A stretch of 63,799 nucleotides of DNA, counting the filler, from Pirum gemmata (Eukaryota), in assembly GCA_002812295.1 (NCBI GenBank). It is 24 parts of 24 records of this genome, joined end to end, with 100 filler letters (N's around TTAATTAATTAA, not from the genome) between each part and the next. Parts side by side here need not be neighbours in the genome. Positions count along the whole stretch, not along the records: positions 61,986 to 63,799 come from PDIN01006320.1; 23 more parts are not named here. The stretch is one strand, 5' to 3'. The translations under genes were made by a program, and so were the position numbers. Below the pieces are notes generated by a model that was not told the origin of the DNA, did no database searches, and was given only the letters and a program-made list of their open reading frames with translations. This document shows, piece after piece, positions 63,498 to 63,799 of the stretch (position 1 is the first letter of the stretch; every line of letters begins with the position of its first letter).

Positions 63498-63799
63498 TAA
63501 TAATAATAGTAATAATAATATTATGTATGAATAGTTCGCTAAAATGAAAATATATTGCTATTTCATATGACTAAACATTTAAGAATAACTATTTTCATAA
63601 TCATAATAAGGGAAACAGCAACAACAATAATAACAATAACAACAATAACAACAACCACAGCAACCACAACCACAACCACAACCACAACCACAACAATAAT
63701 AGTAATAATAACAGTAATAACAATAATAATAATAGAAACAATAAATACACAATAAATAATAATTATAATAATATTATTAATATTAATATTAATATTAAT

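Overview
The window is very AT-rich eukaryotic (protist-type) genomic DNA, not a prokaryotic locus. It is 24 unlinked scaffolds, mostly about 2.4-2.5 kb, joined by 23 artificial N44-TTAATTAATTAA-N44 linkers, so neighbourhood across linkers is meaningless. Poly-Asn/poly-Gln ORFs, GT-AG introns, interstitial TTAGGG-type tracts and a dense set of MITEs are present; the host is plausibly an ichthyosporean- or amoeba-like protist, but this is inference only. Recognisable genes are an intact globin + GATA zinc-finger + Q/P-rich protein (best candidate for a new system: a heme gas-sensing transcription factor), a TmpA-like membrane flavo-oxidoreductase, an LRR single-pass receptor with a Tyr-motif tail, a tandem CCCH protein, an AlkB-like fragment with an inserted NZF finger, GALT exon 1 and several hypothetical proteins. 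One scaffold is terminally redundant and encodes a single circularly permuted gene. The non-coding DNA holds at least six MITE families, 28-37 bp P-element-like remnants with 7-bp TSDs, and TAGC/TATCGATA-rich tracts that look like accumulated transposon excision footprints. Most ORFs in the supplied track are microsatellite artefacts.
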